Shown: positions 19,943 to 29,191 of the stretch, one piece after another | Layout: every line of letters starts with the position of its first letter | How positions within the stretch are numbered: position 1 is the first letter of the stretch | NCBI GenBank assembly: GCA_903959905.1 | Contig: CAJBYO010000015.1 | Span: 529-64,528, forward strand | From: an uncultured Bacteroidales bacterium | Lineage (GTDB): Bacteria > Bacteroidota > Bacteroidia > Bacteroidales > FEN-979 | Direction of reading: 5' to 3' | Length of the DNA stretch: 64,000 bases | Notes under the pieces: generated by a model | Databases searched by the model: none | What the model saw: the letters and a program-made list of their open reading frames with translations, nothing else | What the model was told of the DNA's origin: nothing | Program-made: the position numbers and the translations under genes

Positions 19943-20040
19943 GTGACAGGTGACAGGTGACAGGTGACAGGTGACGGGTGACGGGTGACGGGTGACGGGT
20001 GACAGGTGACGCGTGACGGGTGACGCGTGACGGGTGACAG
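19943..20040. repeat. 14-copy heptamer tandem array GTGAC(AG/GG/GC)
   Basis: Counted directly: 14 contiguous 7-mers with an invariant GTGAC core. Confidence 0.95.
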
Positions 20041-20125
20041 AAATAATCAAGGGTGATGGGTATTATTCGCCGGTATTTGCAGTAACTTAGCAGTGACGAT
20101 AGTTGAATGTCATAAATCCACCAGT

Positions 20126-21517
20126 ATGAAAAAACTGTTTTGCTTTTTGGTGATGTGTTCTGCAATAACCATGTTCGCCCAGCAGAGCGGGTATAAATCT
20201 TCTCCGCTGGAACATATGTGGCTGAATGTGGGAAACGCAGGGTTTACGCCGGGAACTGCTGAGTTTCCGTGCCTGGCAATGAGTCCTGCCGCTGTGCCAT
20301 ACGTGGCTTATGTTGATGCACTGGACATTTTCAATTTCACCGTCTCTGTTAAGAAACTGGTTGGTAATACATGGCAATACGTTGGCCTGGCCGGGTTTGA
20401 TACGGTGAACCTGTCGCCGGTTAACCTCGGATTCAGTCCATCAGGAGAGCTGTATGTTGCCTATTCAGATTATTATTCTTCCGGACGTGAAGCGGTCAGG
20501 AAATTTGACGGGACCAACTGGGTAACTGTCGGAATCCCTGGTTTTTCTGGCGGTTCGGCCAGCTATTCAGCCATGGCCTTCAATCAACAGGAAGAAATTT
20601 TTGTTGCTTACACGGATTACAATCATGCAAGAAAAGCTACCGTGATGAAGTTTGATGGGGCAAACTGGGTGACCATCGGCAGCCCTGGCTTTTCCCAGGG
20701 GGAAACTGAATACATGAGCATCGCCATCAGCCCGTCGGGCGAACCTTATGTGGCTTACCAGGATTGGTCTTTATCGCAAAAGATCACTGTCATGAGGTTT
20801 GACGGTACCTACTGGTTGAATGTAGGAATTCCGGGTATTTCATTGGGAGAGTCTTACTGGGCCAGCATTGTCTTTAATCCTTCCGGTGATCCGTGTGTTG
20901 CTTTTATGGATGGCGGGAATTCATACAAGGCAACGGTCATGAAATTTGATGGCAATAACTGGGTGAGCCTTGGAAATGCCGGTTTTTCTCCAGGTTCGGC
21001 ACAGTGCCCTAATCTCGCGTTCAGCCCGTCGGGACAACCTTATGTTTCTTTTAATGATGAAACCGTTGGATTTAAAACATCCCTTATGATATTCAACGGA
21101 ATGAACTGGGTAAATGTGGGGAATCCAGGGTTTTCAGCCGGACAAAGTCTTTATACCAGCCTTGGGTTTGGCCCGTCCGGCCAGCCTTACCTGGCCTACC
21201 AGGACATGACGAATTTTAACCGGGCAACCGTTATGAAATATGATTCAGTTGCCGTGGGGTTGAATGAACAGGAAAGTCCTCTTTTTTCTGTATACCCCAA
21301 CCCTGCTTCGGAAATAATAAGGATCAAACCCGGAAGAACCACCCCTGAAGGCCTTTTTTACATCACGAATGTTGTTGGAAAACGGGTCATTGAGCGGCAA
21401 GTGGGAGTTTCCGGCCTGACTGTGGATATCAGTGGCCTACCTGCCGGCGTGTATTTTATCAGACATGAAGATGAAAGGGAGGGAAAGGCTGTGAAGCTGA
21501 TCATTCAGCGGGATTAA
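20126..21517 (+). CDS. T9SS-secreted protein with seven ~48-aa repeats (probable beta-propeller)
   Basis: Signal peptide MKKLFCF...MFA-Q; 7 x W..VG..GFS.G....SLAF.PSG.PYVAY.D.....ATVMKFDG; CTD VYPNP...GVYFIR. Confidence 0.85.
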   Translation: MKKLFCFLVMCSAITMFAQQSGYKSSPLEHMWLNVGNAGFTPGTAEFPCLAMSPAAVPYVAYVDALDIFNFTVSVKKLVGNTWQYVGLAGFDTVNLSPVNLGFSPSGELYVAYSDYYSSGREAVRKFDGTNWVTVGIPGFSGGSASYSAMAFNQQEEIFVAYTDYNHARKATVMKFDGANWVTIGSPGFSQGETEYMSIAISPSGEPYVAYQDWSLSQKITVMRFDGTYWLNVGIPGISLGESYWASIVFNPSGDPCVAFMDGGNSYKATVMKFDGNNWVSLGNAGFSPGSAQCPNLAFSPSGQPYVSFNDETVGFKTSLMIFNGMNWVNVGNPGFSAGQSLYTSLGFGPSGQPYLAYQDMTNFNRATVMKYDSVAVGLNEQESPLFSVYPNPASEIIRIKPGRTTPEGLFYITNVVGKRVIERQVGVSGLTVDISGLPAGVYFIRHEDEREGKAVKLIIQRD

Positions 21518-21563
21518 TGGGATCACAATGGCTTAACCTGGATTAAGAACTTGAGGTTTTTTT

Positions 21564-21661
21564 ACCACGGAGGCACTAAGGACACTAAGGAACACTAAGG
21601 ATGCAACATTAAATTTCTTTTTTTCTAAGTGCTTCTTAGTGTTCTTAGTGCCTTAGTGGTT
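21564..21661. repeat. Inverted-repeat element built from CACTAAGG units
   Basis: Left accacggaggcactaaggacactaaggaacactaagg, right cttagtgttcttagtgccttagtggt, AT-rich spacer. Confidence 0.85.
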
Positions 21662-21688
21662 GTTTTTCAACATTATACTATTTTCAAA

Positions 21689-22249
21689 ATGTGTCATCTG
21701 TTCAGGACGGTTAAAATTGAGGCCTTTTTTGTCCTCATTCTTTCAACATTCTTCATATTATCATCCTGTAAACGGCATAATACTGCGGTGCCAGATGCCA
21801 CTCCCACTTACCATACATGGCCCGGCACGATTGGCTTAAACGATAATTCAACCGTGGTATCCCAGGATAATAATCTGATTATCTGTGGAAACAAAAATGA
21901 CAGCATCGTTCTTCTTAAAATTTCAAAAACCGGCACCCTGGTTTGGCGGCATGTTTTTTATGCAGGTTTTCATAGCACGGCGGCAGCCGTTGCAATTTCT
22001 ACAGGACAGGAAATTTTTATTTGTGGTAAGGCTTATGAAAATCCCAACATATCCATCAACGATGTTTTACTGATCAAGGCTGATCAGAATGGCGATACCC
22101 TCTGGACAAAGAAATACGGAGGGGCAAAAGAGGATCTTGGTTCACAGATCATCGCGACGCGTGATGGGATTATCCTGATCTGTGGAACATCTTCATGTCC
22201 AGGATTGATAAAAACGGAACCTTCAGGTAGGTCATGCCCCTGCCAGTAA
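21689..22249 (+). CDS. Putative lipoprotein with propeller-like repeats, possibly 3'-truncated
   Basis: Lipobox LSSC; only ~2.5 repeats of L(L/I)K...G...W; ends 11 nt from the convergent activase gene. Confidence 0.55.
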   Translation: MCHLFRTVKIEAFFVLILSTFFILSSCKRHNTAVPDATPTYHTWPGTIGLNDNSTVVSQDNNLIICGNKNDSIVLLKISKTGTLVWRHVFYAGFHSTAAAVAISTGQEIFICGKAYENPNISINDVLLIKADQNGDTLWTKKYGGAKEDLGSQIIATRDGIILICGTSSCPGLIKTEPSGRSCPCQ

Positions 22250-22260
22250 GCGCTCTGAAA

Positions 22261-23163
22261 TCATGCAATTTCACAGTTCAGTCCCTTCATTTTGAAAAAA
22301 TCCCTTGCCATTGCTGCTTTTTCAAAGGGGTAATCAGAAATGTCGGCGAGCTGGAAATGTATGCCGATTTCCTGGTATTTTTCAATTCCCAGCGAATGGT
22401 AAGGCTCCAGAACAATCTCCTGCAGGGCATTAAGTGTCATAATATCCGAAATGGCCTGCAGGTTGGCAGTGGTGTCGGTGATTTCCTCTACCAGTGGCAC
22501 CCGGATGACGATATTTTTATGCAGGGAGGCCAGGAAAGCCAGGTTTTCCAAAACCCGGTCTACAGGTTTTCCCGTGTACGCCAGGTGTTGGTCCGGATCA
22601 ATGATCTTAAGGTCGTAAAGAAAAAGTCCTGTAAGTGGCAAAACTTGCCGGAGTGTCTCTTTTTCTGCCCATCCGGAGGTCTCAATTGCTGTGTGGATCC
22701 CGAGGGTTTTGCAGTGCTGCAGTAACTCAAGTAGAAACTCCGGCTGGCTCAGTGGCTCGCCCCCTGAAAAGGTGACTCCGCCGCCTGAATTCCTGTAAAA
22801 AGGAATGTCGCGCGCCACAATCCCCATCACCTCTTCTGCCGACATGGTTTTACCGGAAACAGTTAACGCACCTTGATTGCATTTTTCAACGCATACCCGG
22901 GTGGTGCAGTGTTTGCAATGTTCAAAGGAATGCGTGAAAGCACTGTCACCTGGTGAAATATCCCGGTGAGGGCAATGCTGTAAACACGAATGGGAAGATT
23001 TGCATCGTGAGGGAAAGTATCTCAGCTGTGGCAGGAAATCCTGCGACTCGGGATTGCAGCACCACGCACAGCGCAGCGGGCAACCTTTAAAAAACACCAG
23101 TGTCCGAATCCCCGGACCGTCGTGCACCGCATAATGCTGGATGTCGAAAACAGTTCCGTTCAT
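22261..23163 (-). CDS. Glycyl-radical enzyme activating protein (radical SAM)
   Basis: HDGPGIRTLVFFKGCPLRCAWCCNPE, Cys-rich ferredoxin-like insert, GGGVTFSGGEP, AIETSG, YDLK; ATG overlaps the GRE stop (TGATG). Confidence 0.95.
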   Translation of the reverse strand: MNGTVFDIQHYAVHDGPGIRTLVFFKGCPLRCAWCCNPESQDFLPQLRYFPSRCKSSHSCLQHCPHRDISPGDSAFTHSFEHCKHCTTRVCVEKCNQGALTVSGKTMSAEEVMGIVARDIPFYRNSGGGVTFSGGEPLSQPEFLLELLQHCKTLGIHTAIETSGWAEKETLRQVLPLTGLFLYDLKIIDPDQHLAYTGKPVDRVLENLAFLASLHKNIVIRVPLVEEITDTTANLQAISDIMTLNALQEIVLEPYHSLGIEKYQEIGIHFQLADISDYPFEKAAMARDFFKMKGLNCEIA

Positions 23164-25655
23164 CAATTCAGGCAGTGTTCGGTGCGCCAGATTACCTGGT
23201 CCTGCAAAGCCTTGCTCATTTCAACCCAATAGGCGGAAAACCCGGCCACCCTCACAACCAGGTCGCGGTAGTTTTCGGGGTGTGCCTGCGCATCCTTCAG
23301 CATCCGTGAATCAACAACGTTGAACTGAAGCTGGAAACCGGGGAACTCAAAATAGGTTTTGATCAGGGCCAGCAGGTTCATTGACCCGGAAAGGCCCTTC
23401 AGGGCGGAGGGATGAAATTTAAGGTTCAGGAGGCCGCCCCTGATCCTGGTGTGATCAACCTTTGCAGATGACCTGATGACGGCAGTAGGGCCGTTCATGT
23501 CTGTTCCGGGGAATGGCGAAGTAACACCATCGGCCAGGGGTTCGCCCAGCATGCGCCCATCGGGGAATGCACCGCACACCTTCCCGAATGGAACTGGGGT
23601 GGAGATTGCCAGCATGGACGGATCATAGGGTTTGCCGAGATAATTATTCTGGCCCTGAACCCAGTCGCAGTAGTCATTGTAAAGATCCAGAAAAATATCG
23701 TCAGCATAAGCCTCATCATTTCCCCAGTGCGGAACGGCCAGCGCCTGTTTCCGGAGCCCTTCGTGTCCTTCCCAGTTTTTCCTTACTGCATCAAAGAGTT
23801 CTTCAACCTTGCAAACGGGCTCGTCAAAGCATAGTTTTTTAATTACAGCCAGTGAATTGGCCACATTGACCATGCCGGATGAAAGGGTTGTGATCGTCTG
23901 GTTCAGCAGCGCACCGCCATCATCCATGCATTGCCCTTTGATAAGGCAATCATTGACGAACACAGAACAAAAAACAAGCGGAACCGTATTCCGGTGGGCG
24001 ATCATCACAAAATTCCAGTACTGCTGCCAGTTCCTGACGGTTTCGTGCATGATATCCAGGTAATATTTCCTGATCTCACTGTAGGTTGACAGCGTACGTG
24101 GCTCAAACATCCGGATGCCTGTGGAAGGATCCACGCCCTGGTTGACCACCAGGTCGATGATCTTGCCATGGTTAATAAAACCTGCCTGGACAATACCATA
24201 CGACCTGCCCTGCAGGGTTGGTTCGGTACATCCGCCGATGGCACAGTGCTTCCTGATCATTTCAACTGGCAGGCCGCTGGTTTTCAACTCGTGCTGTATG
24301 TATGTTGACTGGTTGAAAAAGGCAGGGTAACCTACCCCTGTTTTCACGCATTCAACTGCCTTCATCAGAAATTCCTGGTCAAGTTTATCGTCCCACCATA
24401 CCGAGAGTGTAGGCTGGGTCATCTGCATGTTGATCTGTGCCTGCAGGATGGCCAGCGAAACATCGTTGCTGATGGGGTTGCCCTTTTCATCAATGCCGCC
24501 CAGGATCAGGTTCTGATAGAGGTTCCCGTGACCGAGCCCCTGCCAGCTGAGGCTGGCGATGTATTCTATCTGGGTCATTTTAACGAACAGCTCCTCAAAC
24601 AAGGAAATTGCCAGGGCGGGGGTCATATCCGGGTCGGCGGCATAAAAAGGGTAAAGCACCATGTCAAGCCTGCCGGGAGAATATCCCAGGTGAGAGCCTT
24701 CAATATGGCCCAGGAGATAAGTAAACCAGAATGACTGAACTGCCTCCTTGAAATTCCGGGGAGGTTCCATCGGCACGCGGCGGCAAACGGCTGCCATTTC
24801 CTCCAGTTCAATTCTGCGGTAAGGGTCTGTCTCCAATGCAGCCATCCTTTCGGCCTCGGCAGCGTAGTTCAATGCGAAGGCTTCAGCCCCTTTCAGAACT
24901 GTTATGGCTGCTTTCCAGAAATGTAGTCTGGCGGAGCTGGCAATATCTTCCGGATGAAAGGTATTTATCTTTTCTTCCGTCTCCCGGATAATGGCGTTGT
25001 AACCCTTTGTCAGGGCCATTTCATAATCCAGGATCAGCCGTCCTTCCGGGCAGGGTTCATGAGGGGCGGTATACAGCCCTGTTTTCCAGCCGTTTTCAAT
25101 GAAATCGGCTTTCTGGAAATGGTTTTTCCAGATCCTGTTGCCCTGTTCCATAAACGACCTGTCTTCCCAGTATTCGCAGATATCGCGGAACTGATCGTAA
25201 TCATCGCTGCTGATCAGGAATTTGCCGGAGATCAGGCGCAAACCGCCCTGCCCCGCCTCTGCCAGGGCTTTTTCAATTCCACCACCGATGCCCTGCTCAG
25301 CATGCTTCGACTGGGCGTCCTGCTCCTCCCTGCGCATTTCGCTTAAAAACGGGCCTGCCGCATAATTAGCGTATGGCATGGCACCCCTGATATATCTTGT
25401 CTTATTCCCGGCAAGGGTATCCTGCCTGTGGATGACCGGGGTCATCTGGCCGAGGGCATAGGCATGGTCAGTGCCCCGGCGCTCAAGGGTCTCCATCCCG
25501 TCGGTTTTTCGATGAGAGTCGGTCAGGTGCCGGATGTACTCAATATCCACCATCAGGGGAGAATCAAGGTAACGGCTTTTGAAAAATCCTGTTCGGGTTG
25601 TTCCTGGTTTGCCGGTTATCTCACGGCTTGCAATGGAACCGGTAATAGTTTCCAT
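23163..25655 (-). CDS. Glycyl-radical enzyme (PFL2/dehydratase-like superfamily), substrate unknown
   Basis: 830 aa; Gly loop VVRVAGFSAYW, single-Cys loop IGGCTEP, SPGRLD, NLILGG, LQFNVV. Confidence 0.93.
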   Translation of the reverse strand: METITGSIASREITGKPGTTRTGFFKSRYLDSPLMVDIEYIRHLTDSHRKTDGMETLERRGTDHAYALGQMTPVIHRQDTLAGNKTRYIRGAMPYANYAAGPFLSEMRREEQDAQSKHAEQGIGGGIEKALAEAGQGGLRLISGKFLISSDDYDQFRDICEYWEDRSFMEQGNRIWKNHFQKADFIENGWKTGLYTAPHEPCPEGRLILDYEMALTKGYNAIIRETEEKINTFHPEDIASSARLHFWKAAITVLKGAEAFALNYAAEAERMAALETDPYRRIELEEMAAVCRRVPMEPPRNFKEAVQSFWFTYLLGHIEGSHLGYSPGRLDMVLYPFYAADPDMTPALAISLFEELFVKMTQIEYIASLSWQGLGHGNLYQNLILGGIDEKGNPISNDVSLAILQAQINMQMTQPTLSVWWDDKLDQEFLMKAVECVKTGVGYPAFFNQSTYIQHELKTSGLPVEMIRKHCAIGGCTEPTLQGRSYGIVQAGFINHGKIIDLVVNQGVDPSTGIRMFEPRTLSTYSEIRKYYLDIMHETVRNWQQYWNFVMIAHRNTVPLVFCSVFVNDCLIKGQCMDDGGALLNQTITTLSSGMVNVANSLAVIKKLCFDEPVCKVEELFDAVRKNWEGHEGLRKQALAVPHWGNDEAYADDIFLDLYNDYCDWVQGQNNYLGKPYDPSMLAISTPVPFGKVCGAFPDGRMLGEPLADGVTSPFPGTDMNGPTAVIRSSAKVDHTRIRGGLLNLKFHPSALKGLSGSMNLLALIKTYFEFPGFQLQFNVVDSRMLKDAQAHPENYRDLVVRVAGFSAYWVEMSKALQDQVIWRTEHCLN

Positions 25656-25789
25656 GACTTTGATTTAAAGTATTTTACTGTTCTGAACACAGTATTTAAT
25701 AATTGCCGTCATATGCTTCTGTATCACTACGCAGAATGCGTTGTTTTCATAAAAAAATCAATAACGCCAATTAGATAGTAAAATTAATC

Positions 25790-25797
25790 TAAATTTG
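25790..25797 (+). promoter_or_regulatory. Bacteroidota -7 box (TAAATTTG)
   Basis: TAnnTTTG match ~30 nt upstream of the binding-protein ORF. Confidence 0.5.
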
Positions 25798-25828
25798 CTA
25801 TGCAGCGAATGAATTACAGCAAATTACT

Positions 25829-26932
25829 TTGGATAAGGTATCTTTGAAAAACGGATCTTCATCATGTTCGCCGGGGTCTTCCATTCCCCGGTCGCGGATC
25901 TTAATCTGCCTTACCCTGGTATTGTCTATGTTCTCCCCGGTTTTTTTCGCTTCCTGCACCCGGAGCGAAAAGGAGAAATCAACTGCTGAAACTCCGGTTA
26001 AAGAAGTAAAAGAAGGTCTGTCACAGCATGTTTCAAGAAAAGTTCGTTTGATCCCCTACTGGGTAACTTCAGCCCAATTCGCCGGGTATTATGTCGGCAT
26101 TGAAAAAGGTATATTCCGCAAATACAACATTGACCTTGAGATCCTGCCTTTTGACCCGTTTACTTCTGCAACCCCGGTAATCAGCAGCGGATCAGCTGAT
26201 TTTGCGATTTTATGGCTGGTAAATGCCCTTGAGCTCCGCGACCAGGGGGTGAAAATTGTGAACATTGCACAACTTTCAACGAGGTCGTCGCTGATGCTGC
26301 TGACAAAAAAAAGCAGCGGAATCGGTACGATTGAGGGCATGAACGGAAAACGGGCGGGGATCTGGTCAGGTTTTGAACTTCAGCCCGAAGCGTTGTTCAG
26401 GAAGTACGGAATTGATGTTAAACTTGTCTCCATTGGAAGTTCCAACAGTTTGTTCCTTCTTGACGGGGTGGATATCATCAATGCCAACTGGTTTGATGAG
26501 TATCATGCCATCCTGAACAGTGGCTATGACGAAAATGAACTGAACAAGTTCTTTTTTGCCGATTACGGGTTAAACTTCCTTGAAGATGGCATATACTGCC
26601 TTTCAGAAAAGTTGAAAAAGGATCCCGGGTTATGTGAAGATTTTGTAAAAGCCTCCGTAGAAAGCTGGACATATGCATTTGATAACCAGGAGGAAACCAT
26701 TGGGATCGTGGAGCGCAAGGCCATCAGTGAAAACCGCCCGGTGAACCGGTCGCACGTACAGTGGATGCTCAACTGCTACCGTGACCTGTACATCCCGAAA
26801 GGCAAAACGGCAGTCAGTACAACACTTTCATCCGGTGATTATATGACGGTTGCCGGCATCCTTTTGAAAAACCGCCTCATCGGAACGGTGGCGCCATACG
26901 ACAGTTTTTATATACCCCTGAAGATAAAATGA
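25829..26932 (+). CDS. NMT1/THI5-like substrate-binding (lipo)protein
   Basis: AQFAGYYVGIEKG motif, GSADFA, FVKASVESW; lipobox-like FASC; exact start uncertain. Confidence 0.8.
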   Translation: MDKVSLKNGSSSCSPGSSIPRSRILICLTLVLSMFSPVFFASCTRSEKEKSTAETPVKEVKEGLSQHVSRKVRLIPYWVTSAQFAGYYVGIEKGIFRKYNIDLEILPFDPFTSATPVISSGSADFAILWLVNALELRDQGVKIVNIAQLSTRSSLMLLTKKSSGIGTIEGMNGKRAGIWSGFELQPEALFRKYGIDVKLVSIGSSNSLFLLDGVDIINANWFDEYHAILNSGYDENELNKFFFADYGLNFLEDGIYCLSEKLKKDPGLCEDFVKASVESWTYAFDNQEETIGIVERKAISENRPVNRSHVQWMLNCYRDLYIPKGKTAVSTTLSSGDYMTVAGILLKNRLIGTVAPYDSFYIPLKIK

Positions 26933-29091
26933 TCCTGCCCGGAATGATGAAAAACGCAAGTGAACACAGTAAGGAAACCAAAAAGAGAACCTTCAGGGGC
27001 ATTGCATTTAAACTGATCCTCTCCATCTTTATCTGCTGTTCCGTGATTTTTGCCATACTGTTTGCCTATAACCTGAAGATCACGCGAAGCATTGTTGTCA
27101 GGAATCTCATCAACAGTGCCACATACCTTACCGAATCAACGGTGGCGAAAATTGACAAGGTGCTTAACAGCATACAAACGATCCCCGACAACTTTGCCCC
27201 GATCATCGAACGGAACCTGGATAACGAGGCAGAGATGAAGCAGCTGGTTCGGCTGATGGTTGCCAACAATCCCGACATCCTGGGGGCTGCCCTCGCCTTT
27301 GAGCCCTATTCCCGCAATCCGAGGGAAAAATATTTTTCCTATTATTTTCACAGGAAGGGGGATTATATAAACTTCATCACTCTGGGAAATGAGCATTACG
27401 ATTATTTCACCATGGACTGGTACCAGCTTCCGAAGGAACTTGGCCGCGGGGTGTGGAGTGAGCCCTATTTTGACGAAGGCGGGGCAAACATGCTGATGAC
27501 AACTTACGCGGTGCCCATTTACAGGGAGCGGGAAGGGAAAAAGGTGTTTGCCGGAGTTCTCACGGTTGATCTTTCACTGGACTGGCTCCAGCATTACGTC
27601 GGGCGGATTAAAGTAAATGAAACCGGATACGGTGTACTGATTTCTCAGAATGGAACCATTGTCAGCTATCCGCTGAAGAAGTTCATCATGAATGAGACCA
27701 TTTTCAGCATTGCCGATGAGCAGAAATCACCCGAACTCAGAGAAGTGGGAAGAAAAATGGTTCACGGAGAATCGGGGTTCAGTAATCATGAATATAAAAA
27801 CTCGGTCAACGGTAAACCCTGCTGGCTTGCCTACGCCCCTGTCACACTGAACCGCTGGTCGATTGGGATATTTTTCCCGGTGGAGGAGATCATGGCGGAT
27901 GCCACGCATCTCAGCATCGTCATCTTTGCCCTGGGTGCCGGGGGCTTCTGCGGCATTGTGATCCTTATTGTGCTCATTGCCAGATCAATTACCAGTCCCC
28001 TGCGACGTCTCACGCAAGCTGCAGAGATGTTTGCCGCAGGTGATTTTAACGTGAAACTGCCTTATATCAGATCAAGGGATGAGATAGGCAGACTCAATGT
28101 ATCTTTCATCGTAATGCAACAAAAACTTGCTGCCACGATCGGTGAACTGCGAAATGCTTCGGAACAGCTGATGATCTCCAATGAAAAACTGGAAGAGTAC
28201 AACAGGACGCTGGAGCAGAAAGTTGAGATCCGTACATCCGAGTTACAACAGAAACATATTGAACTGGAATCAGCATTTACCCACCTGAAAGATGCCCAGG
28301 CACAACTCGTTCAGTCTGAAAAAATGGCTTCGCTCGGGCAACTTACCGCTGGGATTGCGCACGAAATAAAGAATCCGTTGAATTTCATCAACAATTTCTC
28401 GGAAGTCTCGGTTGAACTTGCAGCGGAACTTATCCAGGAACTTGATAAACCGGGCATTGTCATTGACGAAAAAGAATCCGGATACATCAAGGGGATCATT
28501 GCAGATATTGAAGGAAATGCACGGCGTATCCATGAGCATGGGAAAAGAGCCGACAGTATTATCCGCAGCATGCTGCTCCATTCACGCGGAAAGTCGGGTG
28601 AACGCCAGCCAACGGATATCAACGCCCTGCTGGAAGAATATGTAAAGCTCGGATATCATGGCATGCGCGCCACCGATAACACCTTTAACATTAAAATTGA
28701 GAGTGAATATGATCCGGAACTGAAAACAATTTCGGTGGTTCCGCAGGACATCAGCAGGGTATTTCTGAACATGATCAACAATGCCTTTTACTCCACCGCC
28801 CAGAAGAAAAAGGAGCTGAAGGAGGCCTATTTCCCGGTGCTCAGGGTAAAGACGATGCTTTTAAACGATACCGTGGAGATCAGGATTTTCGATAACGGCA
28901 AAGGCATGTCAAAGGATACGGTAGAGCGGGTCTTCAACCCGTTTTTCACCACGAAACCTGCCGGTTCAGGCACCGGGCTGGGCCTTTCAATCAGTTACGA
29001 CATCATCGTTCGCCAGCACAACGGGCAGATCAGTGTAGTCAGCGAGGAGGGCGAATTCGCCGAATTCATCATTACCCTGCCCGTCACCTGA
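26929..29091 (+). CDS. Cache-HAMP sensor histidine kinase
   Basis: Two TMs, dCache (DWYQLPK, WSEPYFDEGG), HAMP (DEIGRL), H-box AGIAHEIKNPL, N/G boxes (DNGKG, PFFTTK, GTGLGL); ATGA overlap with the upstream gene. Confidence 0.93.
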   Translation: MILPGMMKNASEHSKETKKRTFRGIAFKLILSIFICCSVIFAILFAYNLKITRSIVVRNLINSATYLTESTVAKIDKVLNSIQTIPDNFAPIIERNLDNEAEMKQLVRLMVANNPDILGAALAFEPYSRNPREKYFSYYFHRKGDYINFITLGNEHYDYFTMDWYQLPKELGRGVWSEPYFDEGGANMLMTTYAVPIYREREGKKVFAGVLTVDLSLDWLQHYVGRIKVNETGYGVLISQNGTIVSYPLKKFIMNETIFSIADEQKSPELREVGRKMVHGESGFSNHEYKNSVNGKPCWLAYAPVTLNRWSIGIFFPVEEIMADATHLSIVIFALGAGGFCGIVILIVLIARSITSPLRRLTQAAEMFAAGDFNVKLPYIRSRDEIGRLNVSFIVMQQKLAATIGELRNASEQLMISNEKLEEYNRTLEQKVEIRTSELQQKHIELESAFTHLKDAQAQLVQSEKMASLGQLTAGIAHEIKNPLNFINNFSEVSVELAAELIQELDKPGIVIDEKESGYIKGIIADIEGNARRIHEHGKRADSIIRSMLLHSRGKSGERQPTDINALLEEYVKLGYHGMRATDNTFNIKIESEYDPELKTISVVPQDISRVFLNMINNAFYSTAQKKKELKEAYFPVLRVKTMLLNDTVEIRIFDNGKGMSKDTVERVFNPFFTTKPAGSGTGLGLSISYDIIVRQHNGQISVVSEEGEFAEFIITLPVT

Positions 29092-29094
29092 CAC

Positions 29095-29140
29095 GGCCAC
29101 GAAGTGGCCATACATCAATAACCCGGGGCGCAGCCCCGGG
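29095..29140. repeat. Two short GC-rich hairpins between kinase and regulator genes
   Basis: ggccac-gaa-gtggcc and ccgggg-cgcag-ccccgg; no U-tail. Confidence 0.5.
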
Positions 29141-29191
29141 CCCCTCAACCAGACGCCTCACGCATGATATTGACCAGTAAATAAAGTATAT

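Noticed and set aside
19943..20040. Possible CRISPR array
   Set aside because: Contiguous 7-mers with no unique spacers, and no cas genes in the window.
19902..20165. N-terminal extension of Lnt in the ORF track (VTRHPSP repeats)
   Set aside because: Translation of the heptamer array; a -7 promoter box lies inside it and it overlaps the divergent gene.
21629..21688. Hydrophobic N-terminus MLLSVLSALVV of the 206-aa ORF
   Set aside because: It is the right arm of the inverted-repeat element; ATG 21689 gives a normal lipoprotein signal.
22261..25655. Calling the GRE pyruvate formate-lyase, CutC or HypD
   Set aside because: It lacks the PFL Cys-Cys pair and the usual gene context of the others; the motifs do not allow a specific assignment.
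25676..25696. actgt-N7-acagt palindrome upstream of the GRE, resembling an SOS box
   Set aside because: Spacing does not fit CTGT-N8-ACAG, that motif is proteobacterial, and it is a single short instance.
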